Assembly (NCBI GenBank): GCA_039586755.1
Contig: JBDHJU010000040.1
Location: 1,885 to 65,884 of the forward strand
Origin: Gemmatimonadota bacterium
GTDB taxonomy: Bacteria > Gemmatimonadota > Gemmatimonadetes > Palauibacterales > KS3-K002
Length of the DNA stretch: 64,000 nucleotides
Direction of reading: 5' to 3'
The notes under the pieces were generated by a model. It did not search any database. It saw only the letters and a program-made list of their open reading frames with translations, and was not told where the DNA came from. Positions 46,133 through 55,706 of the stretch are shown one piece after another. The position numbers and the translations under genes are program-made. The stretch's first letter is position 1. Each line of letters starts with the position of its first letter.

Positions 46133-47905
46133 ATGATCCACATCCGCCTGGGGGCCGCCGCTACGCTCGCTCTGCTCTTGACCCTGATGGCTGCCGTCCA
46201 GCGGGCGCCGGCACAGACAGCTGCGCCCGCGGTGAGCGAGCTGCGCGACACCTTGGAGCTGTACGCGTCCGATCGCCGCGCCTTGCACCGCCGATACGAC
46301 GTAGAGTACTCGCCGGTACAACGAGAGCGTCAACGCGCATTCATCGGCGATTGGCATGCCCGGCTAGCGGGCATCGACTTCGTCGCCCTCAGTCAGGAAG
46401 GTCGCATCGACTACGTGCTGCTGGACCACGAGCTGCGCTATCAGCTCGCCCTCCTGGAGCGCGAGGAGGGTACCTTCGCGCAGATGTCGCCGTGGCTGCC
46501 GTTCGCCGGCACCCTAATGGAGCTGGAGGAAGCCCGGCGCCGTCTGGAGCCCGTGGACCCGGCGGCGCTCGCCCGGACGCTGGCCGAGCTGGTGCAGGAG
46601 ATCGACAGCGTGCGGGAGGCGACGGCCGAGGCATGGAAGGCGCGCGAGTCCTCAGCGGCGCGAGATGGCCCGCAACTCACGCGGGTGGTGGCGCGCCGCG
46701 CCGCCGCAACCCTGAGGGAGCTGGGGCGCACGCTGGAGGGCTGGCACGGCTTCTACTCGGGCTACGATCCGCTGTTCACCTGGTGGACCGCTGCCCCCTA
46801 CGAGAAACTGGACGAGGCGCTGGAGGACTACGAGAAGTTCCTGCGGGAGACCGTGGTCGGCATCCACCCCGATGAGCCCGAGCCGATCATCGGCGATCCG
46901 ATCGGTGCCGAAGGCTTGGCCGCGGACCTCGCGCACGAGATGATCCCGTACACGGTGGAAGAGCTGATCGCCATCGCCGAGCGTGAGTTCGCCTGGTGCG
47001 AGGCCGAGCTCGTGCGGGCGGCGCGCGAGATGGGCCACGGCGATGATTGGAAAGCGGCGCTCGAAGAGGTGAAGCGTTCGTATGTGCCGCCGGGCGAACA
47101 GCCGCAGCTGGTGCGCGACCTGGCGCACGAGGCGGTGGACTTCGTCGAGTCGCGTGGCTTGCTGACCGTGCCGCCGCTGGCCAAAGAGATCTGGCGGATG
47201 GAGATGATGTCGCCGGAGCGACAGGTCGTGTCGCCGTTCTTCCTAGGCGGGGAAGTGATCCGTGTATCCTACCCCACCGACGAGATGGCGCACGAGGACA
47301 AACTGATGAGCATGCGTGGGAACAACCCCCACTTCTCCCGGGCGACGGTCCATCACGAGTTGATTCCCGGCCATCATCTCCAGGGGTTCATGACGTCGCG
47401 CTACAACACGCACCGCCGGGCCTTCTCGACCCCGTTTTGGACGGAGGGCTGGGCGCTCTACTGGGAGATGCTGTTGTGGGACCTCGGGTTTCCCGCGACC
47501 CCGGAGGACCGGATGGGGATGCTGTTCTGGCGCACGCACCGCGCGGCGCGGATCATCTTCTCCCTCCGCTTCCACCTGGGCGAGATGACGCCCCAGGAGG
47601 CCGTGGACTTTCTCGTGGACCGCGTGGGCCACGAGCGGGCCAACGCCGAGGGTGAGGTGCGCCGTTCCTTTGCCGGCGACTACGCGCCGCTCTACCAGGC
47701 GGCGTACATGCTGGGCGGCCTCCAATTCCGGGCGTTGAAGAGCGAGCTGGTTGGGTCGGGAGCCATGACGGATCGCGAGTTCCACGATACGATACTTCAG
47801 GGCGGCGGCATGCCTGTCGAGCTGGTGCGCGTCCGACTCAGCGGCGCGCCCCTGACCCGGGACTACACGGCGCGGTGGCGGTTTGCCGGCGACCCGGGAC
47901 GCTGA
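46133..47905 (+). CDS. Secreted DUF885-like protein
   Basis: ATG at 46133 with signal peptide MIHIRLGAAATLALLLTLMAAVQRAPAQ. HHELIPGHHLQ and WTEGWALYWE recall the DUF885 family (from memory). Confidence 0.65.
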   Translation: MIHIRLGAAATLALLLTLMAAVQRAPAQTAAPAVSELRDTLELYASDRRALHRRYDVEYSPVQRERQRAFIGDWHARLAGIDFVALSQEGRIDYVLLDHELRYQLALLEREEGTFAQMSPWLPFAGTLMELEEARRRLEPVDPAALARTLAELVQEIDSVREATAEAWKARESSAARDGPQLTRVVARRAAATLRELGRTLEGWHGFYSGYDPLFTWWTAAPYEKLDEALEDYEKFLRETVVGIHPDEPEPIIGDPIGAEGLAADLAHEMIPYTVEELIAIAEREFAWCEAELVRAAREMGHGDDWKAALEEVKRSYVPPGEQPQLVRDLAHEAVDFVESRGLLTVPPLAKEIWRMEMMSPERQVVSPFFLGGEVIRVSYPTDEMAHEDKLMSMRGNNPHFSRATVHHELIPGHHLQGFMTSRYNTHRRAFSTPFWTEGWALYWEMLLWDLGFPATPEDRMGMLFWRTHRAARIIFSLRFHLGEMTPQEAVDFLVDRVGHERANAEGEVRRSFAGDYAPLYQAAYMLGGLQFRALKSELVGSGAMTDREFHDTILQGGGMPVELVRVRLSGAPLTRDYTARWRFAGDPGR

Positions 47906-47962
47906 GAGGAGAAGTCTGGTTGTCCATTCTCGGGGTGATTCTTGGCTGGGTGAGGAGCGGTT

Positions 47963-49900
47963 GTGTCCCCGGTTAAGTGGCTGCTCCTGGCCGCCGGTGC
48001 CGCTGCCATCGCGGCCTATCTCTTCTGGTGGTATCGGAGTCGGGAAGAACCGGTGGCCGGGCGCTACTGGGCGGCAGCGCTCCGCGGATCGGCGCTGCTC
48101 CTCGCCTGGCTCATCCTGCTCAACCCTTCGGTGCCTGTCGCGGGTGAGGCGCGTGACGGCGGCGACGCGATTCTCCTCGATGCTTCCTTCAGCATGTCCA
48201 GGCCGGTGCGCGCGGACGGCCCCGGCGCTTGGCAGACGGCGCGCGATTCGCTCGCCGGGCTCGACGAGTTCTGGCTGTTTGGGGGAGCTGTCCCCCGACG
48301 GAGTAGCGGGGACTCGCTGCCGGACGAGCCGGTCTACCGAGAGTCACGTTTGGCACCGGCGGTGCGAGCGGCAGCAGCGACGGGTGCACGTCGGGTGCTG
48401 GTCTACACCGATGGCCGCCTGGCCGATGCCCGCGAGTCGCAGGACGAGGCGCGTCGGCTAGGGTTGTCGCTTTCCTTCGTCTCGATGGGTGAGGCCTACC
48501 CGGAGTTGGGTATCGCGAGCGTGCGCGCGCCGTCCTGGATCCAGGTCGGTGATACGGCAGAGGTACGGGTCGAGGTGGTGGGCGCCGCGGCGCCGGCCGA
48601 CAGCATTAGACTGGAGGTTGTTGACTATCGCGGCCGCGTGCAGACAGGCGGCCGGGTCGAGGTGCCGGAGGACGGACGCTACGCTCCGCTCGGTCTCGCT
48701 TTTCCGGTGGGCGACAGTCCCGGCGTGCGACGCTACACGGTGCGGATCGCCGATCGATCGGACCCCGAGGATCGCGACAACCAGCGCCCCTTCTACATTC
48801 AGGTTGGTGAGCGACCGGCGGGGCCCGTGCTCATCTCGCTGCTGCCCGATTGGGAGCCGTCCTTTCTGATCCCGAATCTGGATCGTCTGACAGATGCTCC
48901 AACGGCGGCGTACCTGTGGCTTGCCGACAGCTTGGTGACGCTCGACGGCTATCGACGCGTGTCGCTGGCGCAGCTGCGGCGGCGCGCGAGGGAAGCGCCG
49001 CTCCTGGTACTCCACGGATATGGGGCCGACGCACCGCCCTGGGCTCAGGCACTCGCCCGCGATGCGGGGCGGCTGCTGGTGCTGCCCGCGGGCTCGAGGG
49101 CCTTCGAGCTACCGGGGTGGGGGATCCGGGTGGGCTTTCCCGAGCAGGGGGAGTGGTATGTGTCGCGCGAGGTGCCGGCCTCGCCGCTGGCGCTCGATCT
49201 CGGCGGCTATCCGGTCGAGGAGTTACCGCCGCTAGTGCGCCCAAGGTCGATCGAGGCCGAGCGTTTCTGGGTGCCGCTTGAGGTGCAGCGCTTCCGGCGC
49301 GGCGAGCCTGAGCCGGCGGTCGTGGTGGGCTCCTGGGGGTCGCGCCGCTGGGCCGTGGCCGGTGCCGAGGGGTACTGGCGCTGGGCTTTTCGCCAGGAGG
49401 TGGGGCGGCAACTGTATCGCACGCTGTGGACCGGGGTAGGGGGCTGGCTCTTGACCGGCCGCGATGGTGCCGGTCCCGGCCTGGTACCGCTTCGTCGGGT
49501 GGTCGAGCGAGGTGAAGCGCTGGCCTGGGCAGTGCCGGGTCGTGCCGACTCCCTGGTGGTGGAGCTCGCCGATGAGGACTCGACCGTCGTCTGGTCGGGG
49601 AGCGCCGGCCCGGCCGACACCCTGAGCGTCTCCCTACCGCCGGGCGAGTATTCCTATCAGGCGAGTGCGCATGGGGCGGAGCGCCTGACTACGGCGAGCG
49701 GCCCGGTAGAGGTGGAGCGCTTCGCGCGTGAGCTGCTGCCGACCCCGACCGCGCTCGTCGACATGGCCGAGGTCGGGACGGGCGCCGGCGCCGGGGACTT
49801 CGGTCGCCGGGGGCTCGCGACCCTGGGGTGGCCATATCTCGTCTTGATCGCTCTCTTCTGTGCTGAGTGGGCGGTGCGCCGCCTAATCGGACTCCGCTAG
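47963..49900 (+). CDS. Hypothetical membrane protein with a vWA/MIDAS-like N-terminal region
   Basis: GTG start, two N-terminal TM helices, ILLDASFSM (DxSxS), and a C-terminal TM helix (WPYLVLIALFCAEWAV). No firm family assignment. Confidence 0.5.
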   Translation: MSPVKWLLLAAGAAAIAAYLFWWYRSREEPVAGRYWAAALRGSALLLAWLILLNPSVPVAGEARDGGDAILLDASFSMSRPVRADGPGAWQTARDSLAGLDEFWLFGGAVPRRSSGDSLPDEPVYRESRLAPAVRAAAATGARRVLVYTDGRLADARESQDEARRLGLSLSFVSMGEAYPELGIASVRAPSWIQVGDTAEVRVEVVGAAAPADSIRLEVVDYRGRVQTGGRVEVPEDGRYAPLGLAFPVGDSPGVRRYTVRIADRSDPEDRDNQRPFYIQVGERPAGPVLISLLPDWEPSFLIPNLDRLTDAPTAAYLWLADSLVTLDGYRRVSLAQLRRRAREAPLLVLHGYGADAPPWAQALARDAGRLLVLPAGSRAFELPGWGIRVGFPEQGEWYVSREVPASPLALDLGGYPVEELPPLVRPRSIEAERFWVPLEVQRFRRGEPEPAVVVGSWGSRRWAVAGAEGYWRWAFRQEVGRQLYRTLWTGVGGWLLTGRDGAGPGLVPLRRVVERGEALAWAVPGRADSLVVELADEDSTVVWSGSAGPADTLSVSLPPGEYSYQASAHGAERLTTASGPVEVERFARELLPTPTALVDMAEVGTGAGAGDFGRRGLATLGWPYLVLIALFCAEWAVRRLIGLR

Positions 49901-49915
49901 CCGTGTGCTGATTCT

Positions 49916-51997
49916 ATGGGTGAGGCTCATCTTCTCGACCGGCCCGTTCAGTATTTGAAGGGCGTCGGCCCGCGCCGTGCCGAGGCGCTGGCCAAGCTCG
50001 GCGTCCAGACCGCGCGAGACCTACTGCGCCACGGGCCCCACCGCTATGAGGATGCCACGACGGTGACCCCCATCGCCAAACTGGCGCCGGGCATGGACGC
50101 GACGGCGATCGGCGAGGTCGTATCGAAAGGCGTCATACCTACGCGACGCGGACTACGCTTCTTCCAGGCGGTAATCAAGGACTCGAGCGGACTTATCGAG
50201 TGCTCTTGGCCCGGTCAGCCGTTCCTCGACCGCACCATACGAAAGGGCGACACACTGCTGGTCTCTGGGCCCGTGCGCTTCTTCCACGGCCGCCAGATCC
50301 AGCCGCGCGAATTCACCATTCTGGCCCGGGCCGGCGAATCGGTCGACGAGGAGGGCACGGTCTTTCCCGTCTACCCGGCGACCGCCGGGCTCAGCCATCG
50401 TCAGATCCGCCATATCGTTCGGCAGAATCTCGATACGCTGCTCGCTGCCGTCGACGACGCCGCCGATTACGTACCCGAGGACTTGCGCCGCCGGCTCGAG
50501 CTGGCGGGTCTACGGGACGCTTTGGATTGGCTGCATCGTCCGCCGACGCTGGCACGCGCCGAGGAGGCGCGACGTCGGCTCGCCTTCGATGAGCTGTTCA
50601 TCCTCCAGGTGCTGTACGCGCGGGCCCGCTACGAGAACCGCGAGAAGCGCCAGGGCATCGCATTCGAGCGAAAGAACGGGCTCGTAAGGCCCTTCGCCGA
50701 ATCGCTTCCGTTCGAGTTGACCTCGGCGCAGAAAAGGGTGCTTTCCGAGATCTCGACCGACATGACGCAGCCGCGCCCGATGAACCGACTGCTGCAGGGT
50801 GATGTCGGGAGCGGCAAGACGGTGGTCGCGCTGTTTGCCATGCTGCGTGCTGTGGAGAACGGGTACCAGGCGGCGCTGATGGCGCCGACCGAGCTGCTGG
50901 CCGAGCAGCATCACAACACGCTGACAGAGATGCTCGCCGGTTCGCCGGTGAACGTCGAGCTTTTGAGAGGCGGTCTGCGTGCTGCACAGCGTCGCGAGGC
51001 AGTGGAGCGAATTGCCGGCGGCCAGGCGCAGCTCGTCATTGGGACGCACGCGTTGATCCAGGAGGACGTCGAGTTTCAGCGATTGGGCCTCGTGATTATC
51101 GACGAGCAACATCGCTTCGGTGTTCGTCAACGGCTGCAGCTACGTAGAGCGGGCGCCGAGCCCGATGTGCTGGTCATGTCGGCGACACCGATTCCGCGCT
51201 CGCTCGCCTTGACGTTCTATGGCGATCTGGACGTCTCGGTGCTCGATGAACTGCCGCCGGGACGGCGACCGGTGAAGACCGTGCTGCGCGGCGAGTCGGC
51301 CAGGGCGCGTGTCTTCGAGTTCGTGCGGACGGAGGTCGAAGCGGGCCGTCAGGTCTATGTAGTCTATCCGGTTATCGAAGAATCGGAGGCCCTCGATGTA
51401 CGATCGGCGACCGAGGCGTACGAGCATCTGTCGAACGATGTGCTGTCCGACCTCGCTGTCGCTCTCATACATGGGCGCATGAACAGTGACGAGAAGGACG
51501 AGACAATGCGGCGCTTCGTCGCCGGTGAGATAAACGTTCTGGTTTCCACCACCGTCATCGAAGTCGGCATCGATGTGCCGAACGCCACGGTCATGATCGT
51601 CGAGGGCGCCGAACGGTTCGGCCTCTCGCAGCTGCACCAGCTGCGCGGACGCGTCGGACGCGGCGCCGAACAGAGCTACTGCATCGTCATACATGGTGGC
51701 AGGGAACCGCCCGAGAGGTTGGATATCTTTGCGGCCACCAAAGACGGGTTCGAGATCGCCCGCGCCGATCTCCGCCTCCGCGGCTACGGCGACTTCTTCG
51801 GCGCCCGCCAACACGGGCTGCCGGAGTTCGCGTTCGCCGACCTGGAGCGTGACGAAGCGCTGCTCCACGCCGCCCGCGACGCCGCCGCCCAGATCGTCGC
51901 CGCCGACCCGGAACTGAAGCAGGACGAGCATCGAGCCCTGGGCCAGGCGCTGCGGACGGAATATCGAGAGCGGCTGCGCCTCTTCGATGTAGGTTGA
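49916..51997 (+). CDS. recG: ATP-dependent DNA helicase RecG
   Basis: Wedge/OB N-terminus, Walker A GDVGSGKT, IIDEQHRFG, TTVIEVGIDVPNA, HQLRGRVGRG. Confidence 0.95.
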   Translation: MGEAHLLDRPVQYLKGVGPRRAEALAKLGVQTARDLLRHGPHRYEDATTVTPIAKLAPGMDATAIGEVVSKGVIPTRRGLRFFQAVIKDSSGLIECSWPGQPFLDRTIRKGDTLLVSGPVRFFHGRQIQPREFTILARAGESVDEEGTVFPVYPATAGLSHRQIRHIVRQNLDTLLAAVDDAADYVPEDLRRRLELAGLRDALDWLHRPPTLARAEEARRRLAFDELFILQVLYARARYENREKRQGIAFERKNGLVRPFAESLPFELTSAQKRVLSEISTDMTQPRPMNRLLQGDVGSGKTVVALFAMLRAVENGYQAALMAPTELLAEQHHNTLTEMLAGSPVNVELLRGGLRAAQRREAVERIAGGQAQLVIGTHALIQEDVEFQRLGLVIIDEQHRFGVRQRLQLRRAGAEPDVLVMSATPIPRSLALTFYGDLDVSVLDELPPGRRPVKTVLRGESARARVFEFVRTEVEAGRQVYVVYPVIEESEALDVRSATEAYEHLSNDVLSDLAVALIHGRMNSDEKDETMRRFVAGEINVLVSTTVIEVGIDVPNATVMIVEGAERFGLSQLHQLRGRVGRGAEQSYCIVIHGGREPPERLDIFAATKDGFEIARADLRLRGYGDFFGARQHGLPEFAFADLERDEALLHAARDAAAQIVAADPELKQDEHRALGQALRTEYRERLRLFDVG

Positions 51998-52079
51998 ACG
52001 TGGTTTTGTAAATAGCTGTGGAACAACAAGATACAGGCCATATGTGATGTGGACTGTGAACCGGCGCAGTAGGTCGGAA

Positions 52080-52270
52080 GTGTCAATTCTCAGTTCCTTT
52101 GGGAATTCTCGAATCTTGAGCAAGGGACCAGTGGAACAGGGGAGGTGGGGAAGCGGAAGTGGTTCTATACCTCCCTACCTCCTCTGTTGTACTGGTCCCC
52201 GAATCGAGATTCGAGAATTCCCAGGCGAACTTGAGCTCTGGCAGTTCACCAACTCTGTGGAAATTGACAG
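52080..52270. repeat. ~190-nt imperfect palindrome or structured element (core hairpin 52101-52222)
   Basis: Arms GGGAATTCTCGAATCT...GGGACCAGT...GGAGGT (52101-52150) and their reverse complement (52171-52222) flank a 20-nt loop. An outer pairing joins GTGTCAATT (52080-88) to AATTGACAG (52262-70). Sits in an AT-richer intergenic region. Confidence 0.8.
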
Positions 52271-52292
52271 TCTGCGGGGCTCGGTCTAACTT
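52264..52292 (+). promoter_or_regulatory. Sigma70-like promoter for asnS: TTGACA-17 nt-TAACTT
   Basis: -35 at 52264-52269, -10 at 52287-52292. The asnS ATG is 28 nt downstream of the -10. Confidence 0.45.
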
Positions 52293-52319
52293 GCGCGCCC
52301 GAACGAGGGTGTGTGAAAG

Positions 52320-53624
52320 ATGAGCGAACACGTCCAGATAAGAGAGCTAGCTGAGCACGTCGGCGACGACGTGTCGGTTCTAGGCTGGGTGCACAACCTG
52401 CGCTCGAGCGGCAAGATCGCGTTCCTCATAGTGCGCGACGGAACGGGGCTGGTGCAGGGCGTGATGAGTGCGGGCGACGTGTCCCCCGAGGCTTGGGCGC
52501 GACTCGAGGGGCTCGCCTACGAGGCGAGCGTGAAAGTCAGCGGGTCGGTGCGTGAGGACAAGCGCGCGCCCGGAGGATACGAACTGTCGCTTACGGACCT
52601 CGAGATCGTCGGGCCGTCAGCGGAAGAGTATCCGATCCAGCTCAAGGAACATGGCGTCGACTTTCTGCTCGAGCACCGTCATCTGTGGCTGAGGACGCCA
52701 CGGCAGGTGGCGATCATGCGCGTTCGCGACGAGGTGGTGAAGGCGATACGTGACTTCCTCTATGAACAGGGCTTTGTGAACGTCGATACGCCCATCCTCA
52801 CCGGGTCGATCGGCGAATCGGCGGGCACACTGTTCGAGACCGAATACTTCGATCTCGGCAGCGCTTACCTCGCTCAGACCGGCCAGCTCTACAACGAGGC
52901 GACAGCGGCGGCGTTGGGTCGGGTCTACTGCTTCGGCCCGACGTTCCGGGCCGAGAAGTCGAAGACGCGCCGTCACCTCACCGAGTTCTGGATGCTCGAG
53001 CCGGAGATCGCCTGGTGCGACAGCGAATGTAACATGCGCATCCAGGAAGGCCTTATCTGCGCGATCGTGGAGCGCGCGGTAGAGCGATGCCGCGACCTGC
53101 TGGAGAACGAGCTCGAGCGTGACCTCTCGAAGCTGGAATCGGTCCGCTCGCCGTTCCCGCGTCTGTCATACAGCGAAGCGATCGAGAGAGTCCAGGCGCT
53201 GGGCTCGTCGATCCAGTGGGGTGACGATCTGGGCGCCGAGGACGAGACTCTGGTCGCGCAGGAGTACGATCGGCCCGTCTTCGTCTACAACTACCCGAAG
53301 CAGGCCAAGGCCTTCTACATGAAGGAGAACCCGGACGACACGCGGACCGTGCTGTGCGACGACCTCATCGCGCCGGAGGGCTACGGCGAGATCATCGGCG
53401 GTAGCCAGCGCGAGGACGATTACGACAGGCTGCTGGCGCGGATCCGCGAAGAAGGTCTACCGGAAGAGGCATACGGCTGGTATCTGGACCTGCGTCGCTA
53501 CGGGACGTACCCGCACAGCGGGTTCGGGTTGGGCCTCGAGCGGACCGTCGCCTGGATTTGCGGTGTCTCGCATATCAGGGAGTGTATTGCGTTTCCGCGG
53601 ACGTTGAATCGGCTGTATCCGTAG
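52320..53624 (+). CDS. asnS: Asparaginyl-tRNA synthetase
   Basis: 434 aa class IIb aaRS. FRAEKSKTRRHLTEFWMLEPEIAW is AsnRS-type motif 2. Motif 3 is GFGLGLERTV. Confidence 0.88.
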   Translation: MSEHVQIRELAEHVGDDVSVLGWVHNLRSSGKIAFLIVRDGTGLVQGVMSAGDVSPEAWARLEGLAYEASVKVSGSVREDKRAPGGYELSLTDLEIVGPSAEEYPIQLKEHGVDFLLEHRHLWLRTPRQVAIMRVRDEVVKAIRDFLYEQGFVNVDTPILTGSIGESAGTLFETEYFDLGSAYLAQTGQLYNEATAAALGRVYCFGPTFRAEKSKTRRHLTEFWMLEPEIAWCDSECNMRIQEGLICAIVERAVERCRDLLENELERDLSKLESVRSPFPRLSYSEAIERVQALGSSIQWGDDLGAEDETLVAQEYDRPVFVYNYPKQAKAFYMKENPDDTRTVLCDDLIAPEGYGEIIGGSQREDDYDRLLARIREEGLPEEAYGWYLDLRRYGTYPHSGFGLGLERTVAWICGVSHIRECIAFPRTLNRLYP

Positions 53625-53680
53625 GCTTCGGGCTGACGCCCGCCGTCGGGCAGACGGTAGGCAGTAAGCGGTAGGCAGTA

Positions 53681-53700
53681 GGCGGTGAACGTCCACCGCC
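53681..53700. terminator. Hairpin between convergent asnS and mazG (GGCGGTG-aacgtc-CACCGCC)
   Basis: 7-bp GC stem with a 6-nt loop. An alternative stem pairs GTAGGCGGTG (53678-87) with CACCGCCTAC (53702-11). Preceded by the tandem repeat GGTAGGCAGTA(A/G)GC x2. No U-tract. Confidence 0.4.
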
Positions 53701-53707
53701 GCACCGC

Positions 53708-54508
53708 CTACCGCTCACCTTCCTTCATCTCCTCCCAAATCGCGTCCAGCTCCTCCAGCGTCGCCTCGCCCAAGACCAGACCACGCTCCTTAGCCACTTC
53801 CGCCATCCGCTTGAAGCGCCTCTCGAACTTCGCGTTCGCCAGCCGCAGTGCGGTTCCGGCGTGTAGGTCGGAGAGGCGAGCGACGTTGACGCAGGCGAAG
53901 AGCAGGTCGCCGATCTCCTGCTCGAGGGCGTCGCGCTCGGTGCTCTCCAGATGGGCGGCCACTTCTTCGACCTCCTCGTGGACCTTTTCAAACGCGTCTT
54001 TGGCGTGCTCCCAGTCGAAGCCGACGCCGGCTGCCCGGTCTTGCAGGCGCTGGGCGCGGGAGAGCGGGTCGAGGCGGCTGGCCAACCCCGCGAAGACATC
54101 ATCGCCGCTCCGCTCGTTGGCCTTCTCTGCCTCCCAATGGGGGCGCTCTTCGGCATCGCCGTACAGGTGCGGGTGGCGGCGGCGCATCTTCGCTTCCAGC
54201 GTCGCAACCACGTCGGCGGCGTCGAAAGCGCCACGCTCCTCGGCCAGCACGATCTGGAATGCGACGTTGAGCAGCAGGTCGCCGATCTCGCTGCGCAGCC
54301 TGTCGTCGGGTGCTCCTTCGATGATGTCCTCGGCCAGTTCCAGAGACTCTTCCAGCAGGTAGGGCGTCAGCGAGACCGGTGTCTGGGCGGCGTCCCAGGG
54401 GCAGCCGGCGCGGAGGAAGCGGACCAGGACGAGGGCCCGGTCGAGGACCCCGGCTGGCGGCGGGGTGTCGCCTTGTGGAAGTTCCCTATTAGCAGGCATT
54501 TCTTGCAT
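53708..54508 (-). CDS. mazG: Nucleoside triphosphate pyrophosphohydrolase MazG
   Basis: Two tandem MazG domains (CPWDAAQT...LLEESLELAEDI...EIGDLLL and FDWEHAKDAFEKVHEEVEEV...EIGDLLF). ATG at 54508 (MQEMPAN) is preferred over the ORF-track start. Confidence 0.88.
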   Translation of the reverse strand: MQEMPANRELPQGDTPPPAGVLDRALVLVRFLRAGCPWDAAQTPVSLTPYLLEESLELAEDIIEGAPDDRLRSEIGDLLLNVAFQIVLAEERGAFDAADVVATLEAKMRRRHPHLYGDAEERPHWEAEKANERSGDDVFAGLASRLDPLSRAQRLQDRAAGVGFDWEHAKDAFEKVHEEVEEVAAHLESTERDALEQEIGDLLFACVNVARLSDLHAGTALRLANAKFERRFKRMAEVAKERGLVLGEATLEELDAIWEEMKEGER

Positions 54509-54531
54509 CCGTGATGGCGGCCGGATATACT
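54503..54531 (+). promoter_or_regulatory. Sigma70-like promoter for alr: TTGCAT-17 nt-TATACT
   Basis: -35 at 54503-54508 (overlapping the mazG start codon on the other strand), -10 at 54526-54531. The alr ATG is 20 nt downstream. Confidence 0.45.
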
Positions 54532-54550
54532 GACGGCCGTAACTTAAACG

Positions 54551-55684
54551 ATGGGTACACAAGACTTGTCCAGCGTGCGCGCCTGGGTCGATGTGGACCT
54601 CGGTGCGCTCGTTGCAAACTACGACAGCCTGCAGGAGCGGGCCAAGCCGCGGGTGGGCATGCTGCCGGTGGTCAAGGCGGATGCCTATGGTGTGGGGGTC
54701 TGTCCCGTGGTACGGGCGCTGGAACCGCGCCAGCCCTGGGGCTACGGTGTGGCCGCCGTCGCCGAGGGGCTGGAGCTACGCGAGCGCGGAATCGACCGCC
54801 GGGTGGTCCTCCTCTTCAGCACACCGGAAGAGCTGGATCTGGCCGTTGAGGCCTCTCTGACGCCGGGCATCGGCGATCTCGAGGCGCTAGGACGTTACCG
54901 GGCCTGTGCCAAGAGGGTCGATCGCCGCCTCCCATTCCACCTGGAGATCGACACGGGGATCGGCCGTTGTGGCTTCCACCACGCCGCGGTAGCCGATTGG
55001 CTGCCTCGAGTCCTGGAGGCCTGCGAAGCCGAGCTCGAGTGGGAGGGCACGTTCGCTCACTTCCACTCGGCCGACGAAGAGGATGAGAAGCCCTCGCGGG
55101 AGCAGTGGGAGCGGTTTCAGCAGTGTGTCCGAATATTCCCCGATGGTGCGGGTGGCGTGCACCACCTCGCGGCGAGCGTGTCAGCGACTCGATGGCCGGA
55201 GTACGGTGCGGACCTCCTGCGTCCAGGTCTCTTCCTCTACGGAGGGACCGGAGGCAATGAGGCGATCCTGCCGCGGCCGGTGGTCACGGTGCGTGCTCGC
55301 GTGACTGCGGTGCGCGAAGTGCCGGCGGGTTGGACGGCGAGCTACGGTGCGACGTACAAGGCCGAACGCCCTTCGCGTTGGGCGACCCTCGCCATCGGCT
55401 ACGCCGACGGGGTACCGCGCGCGCTGTCGAACAACGGCGTCGTGACGTTTGGAGAGCAGCAGGCGCCGATCATCGGCCGCGTCTGCATGGACGTCATAGT
55501 GGTGGACGTAACGGGTCTCGACGGCGTATCGGCCGGATCGGTGTGCACGGTCATCGGCGGTCCGCCCGACGCCCCCACGAGCCTGCAGACGGTTGCGGAT
55601 CGAAGTGACACGATCACCTACGATATCCTTACGGGCCTTACACGTCGCCTGCCACGCCGCTACAACGTCGACGCACAAAGTTGA
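54551..55684 (+). CDS. alr: Alanine racemase
   Basis: PLP-lysine motif PVVKADAYGVG, TIM-barrel plus beta-domain length (377 aa), CMDVIVVDVT. Confidence 0.9.
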   Translation: MGTQDLSSVRAWVDVDLGALVANYDSLQERAKPRVGMLPVVKADAYGVGVCPVVRALEPRQPWGYGVAAVAEGLELRERGIDRRVVLLFSTPEELDLAVEASLTPGIGDLEALGRYRACAKRVDRRLPFHLEIDTGIGRCGFHHAAVADWLPRVLEACEAELEWEGTFAHFHSADEEDEKPSREQWERFQQCVRIFPDGAGGVHHLAASVSATRWPEYGADLLRPGLFLYGGTGGNEAILPRPVVTVRARVTAVREVPAGWTASYGATYKAERPSRWATLAIGYADGVPRALSNNGVVTFGEQQAPIIGRVCMDVIVVDVTGLDGVSAGSVCTVIGGPPDAPTSLQTVADRSDTITYDILTGLTRRLPRRYNVDAQS

Positions 55685-55706
55685 GAGTCTGGGGTAGGGA
55701 AGGCAT

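Noticed and set aside
52044-52331. Two mirrored ~81-aa ORFs (52044-52289 + and 52083-52331 -) in the recG-asnS gap. Also considered: a 6S RNA call for the palindrome.
   Set aside because: The ORFs are a by-product of the palindrome, with mirror-image reading frames and no SD sequence. The 6S idea could not be supported. The structure is a long near-perfect hairpin without the characteristic central open-complex-like bubble, and I cannot run a covariance model.
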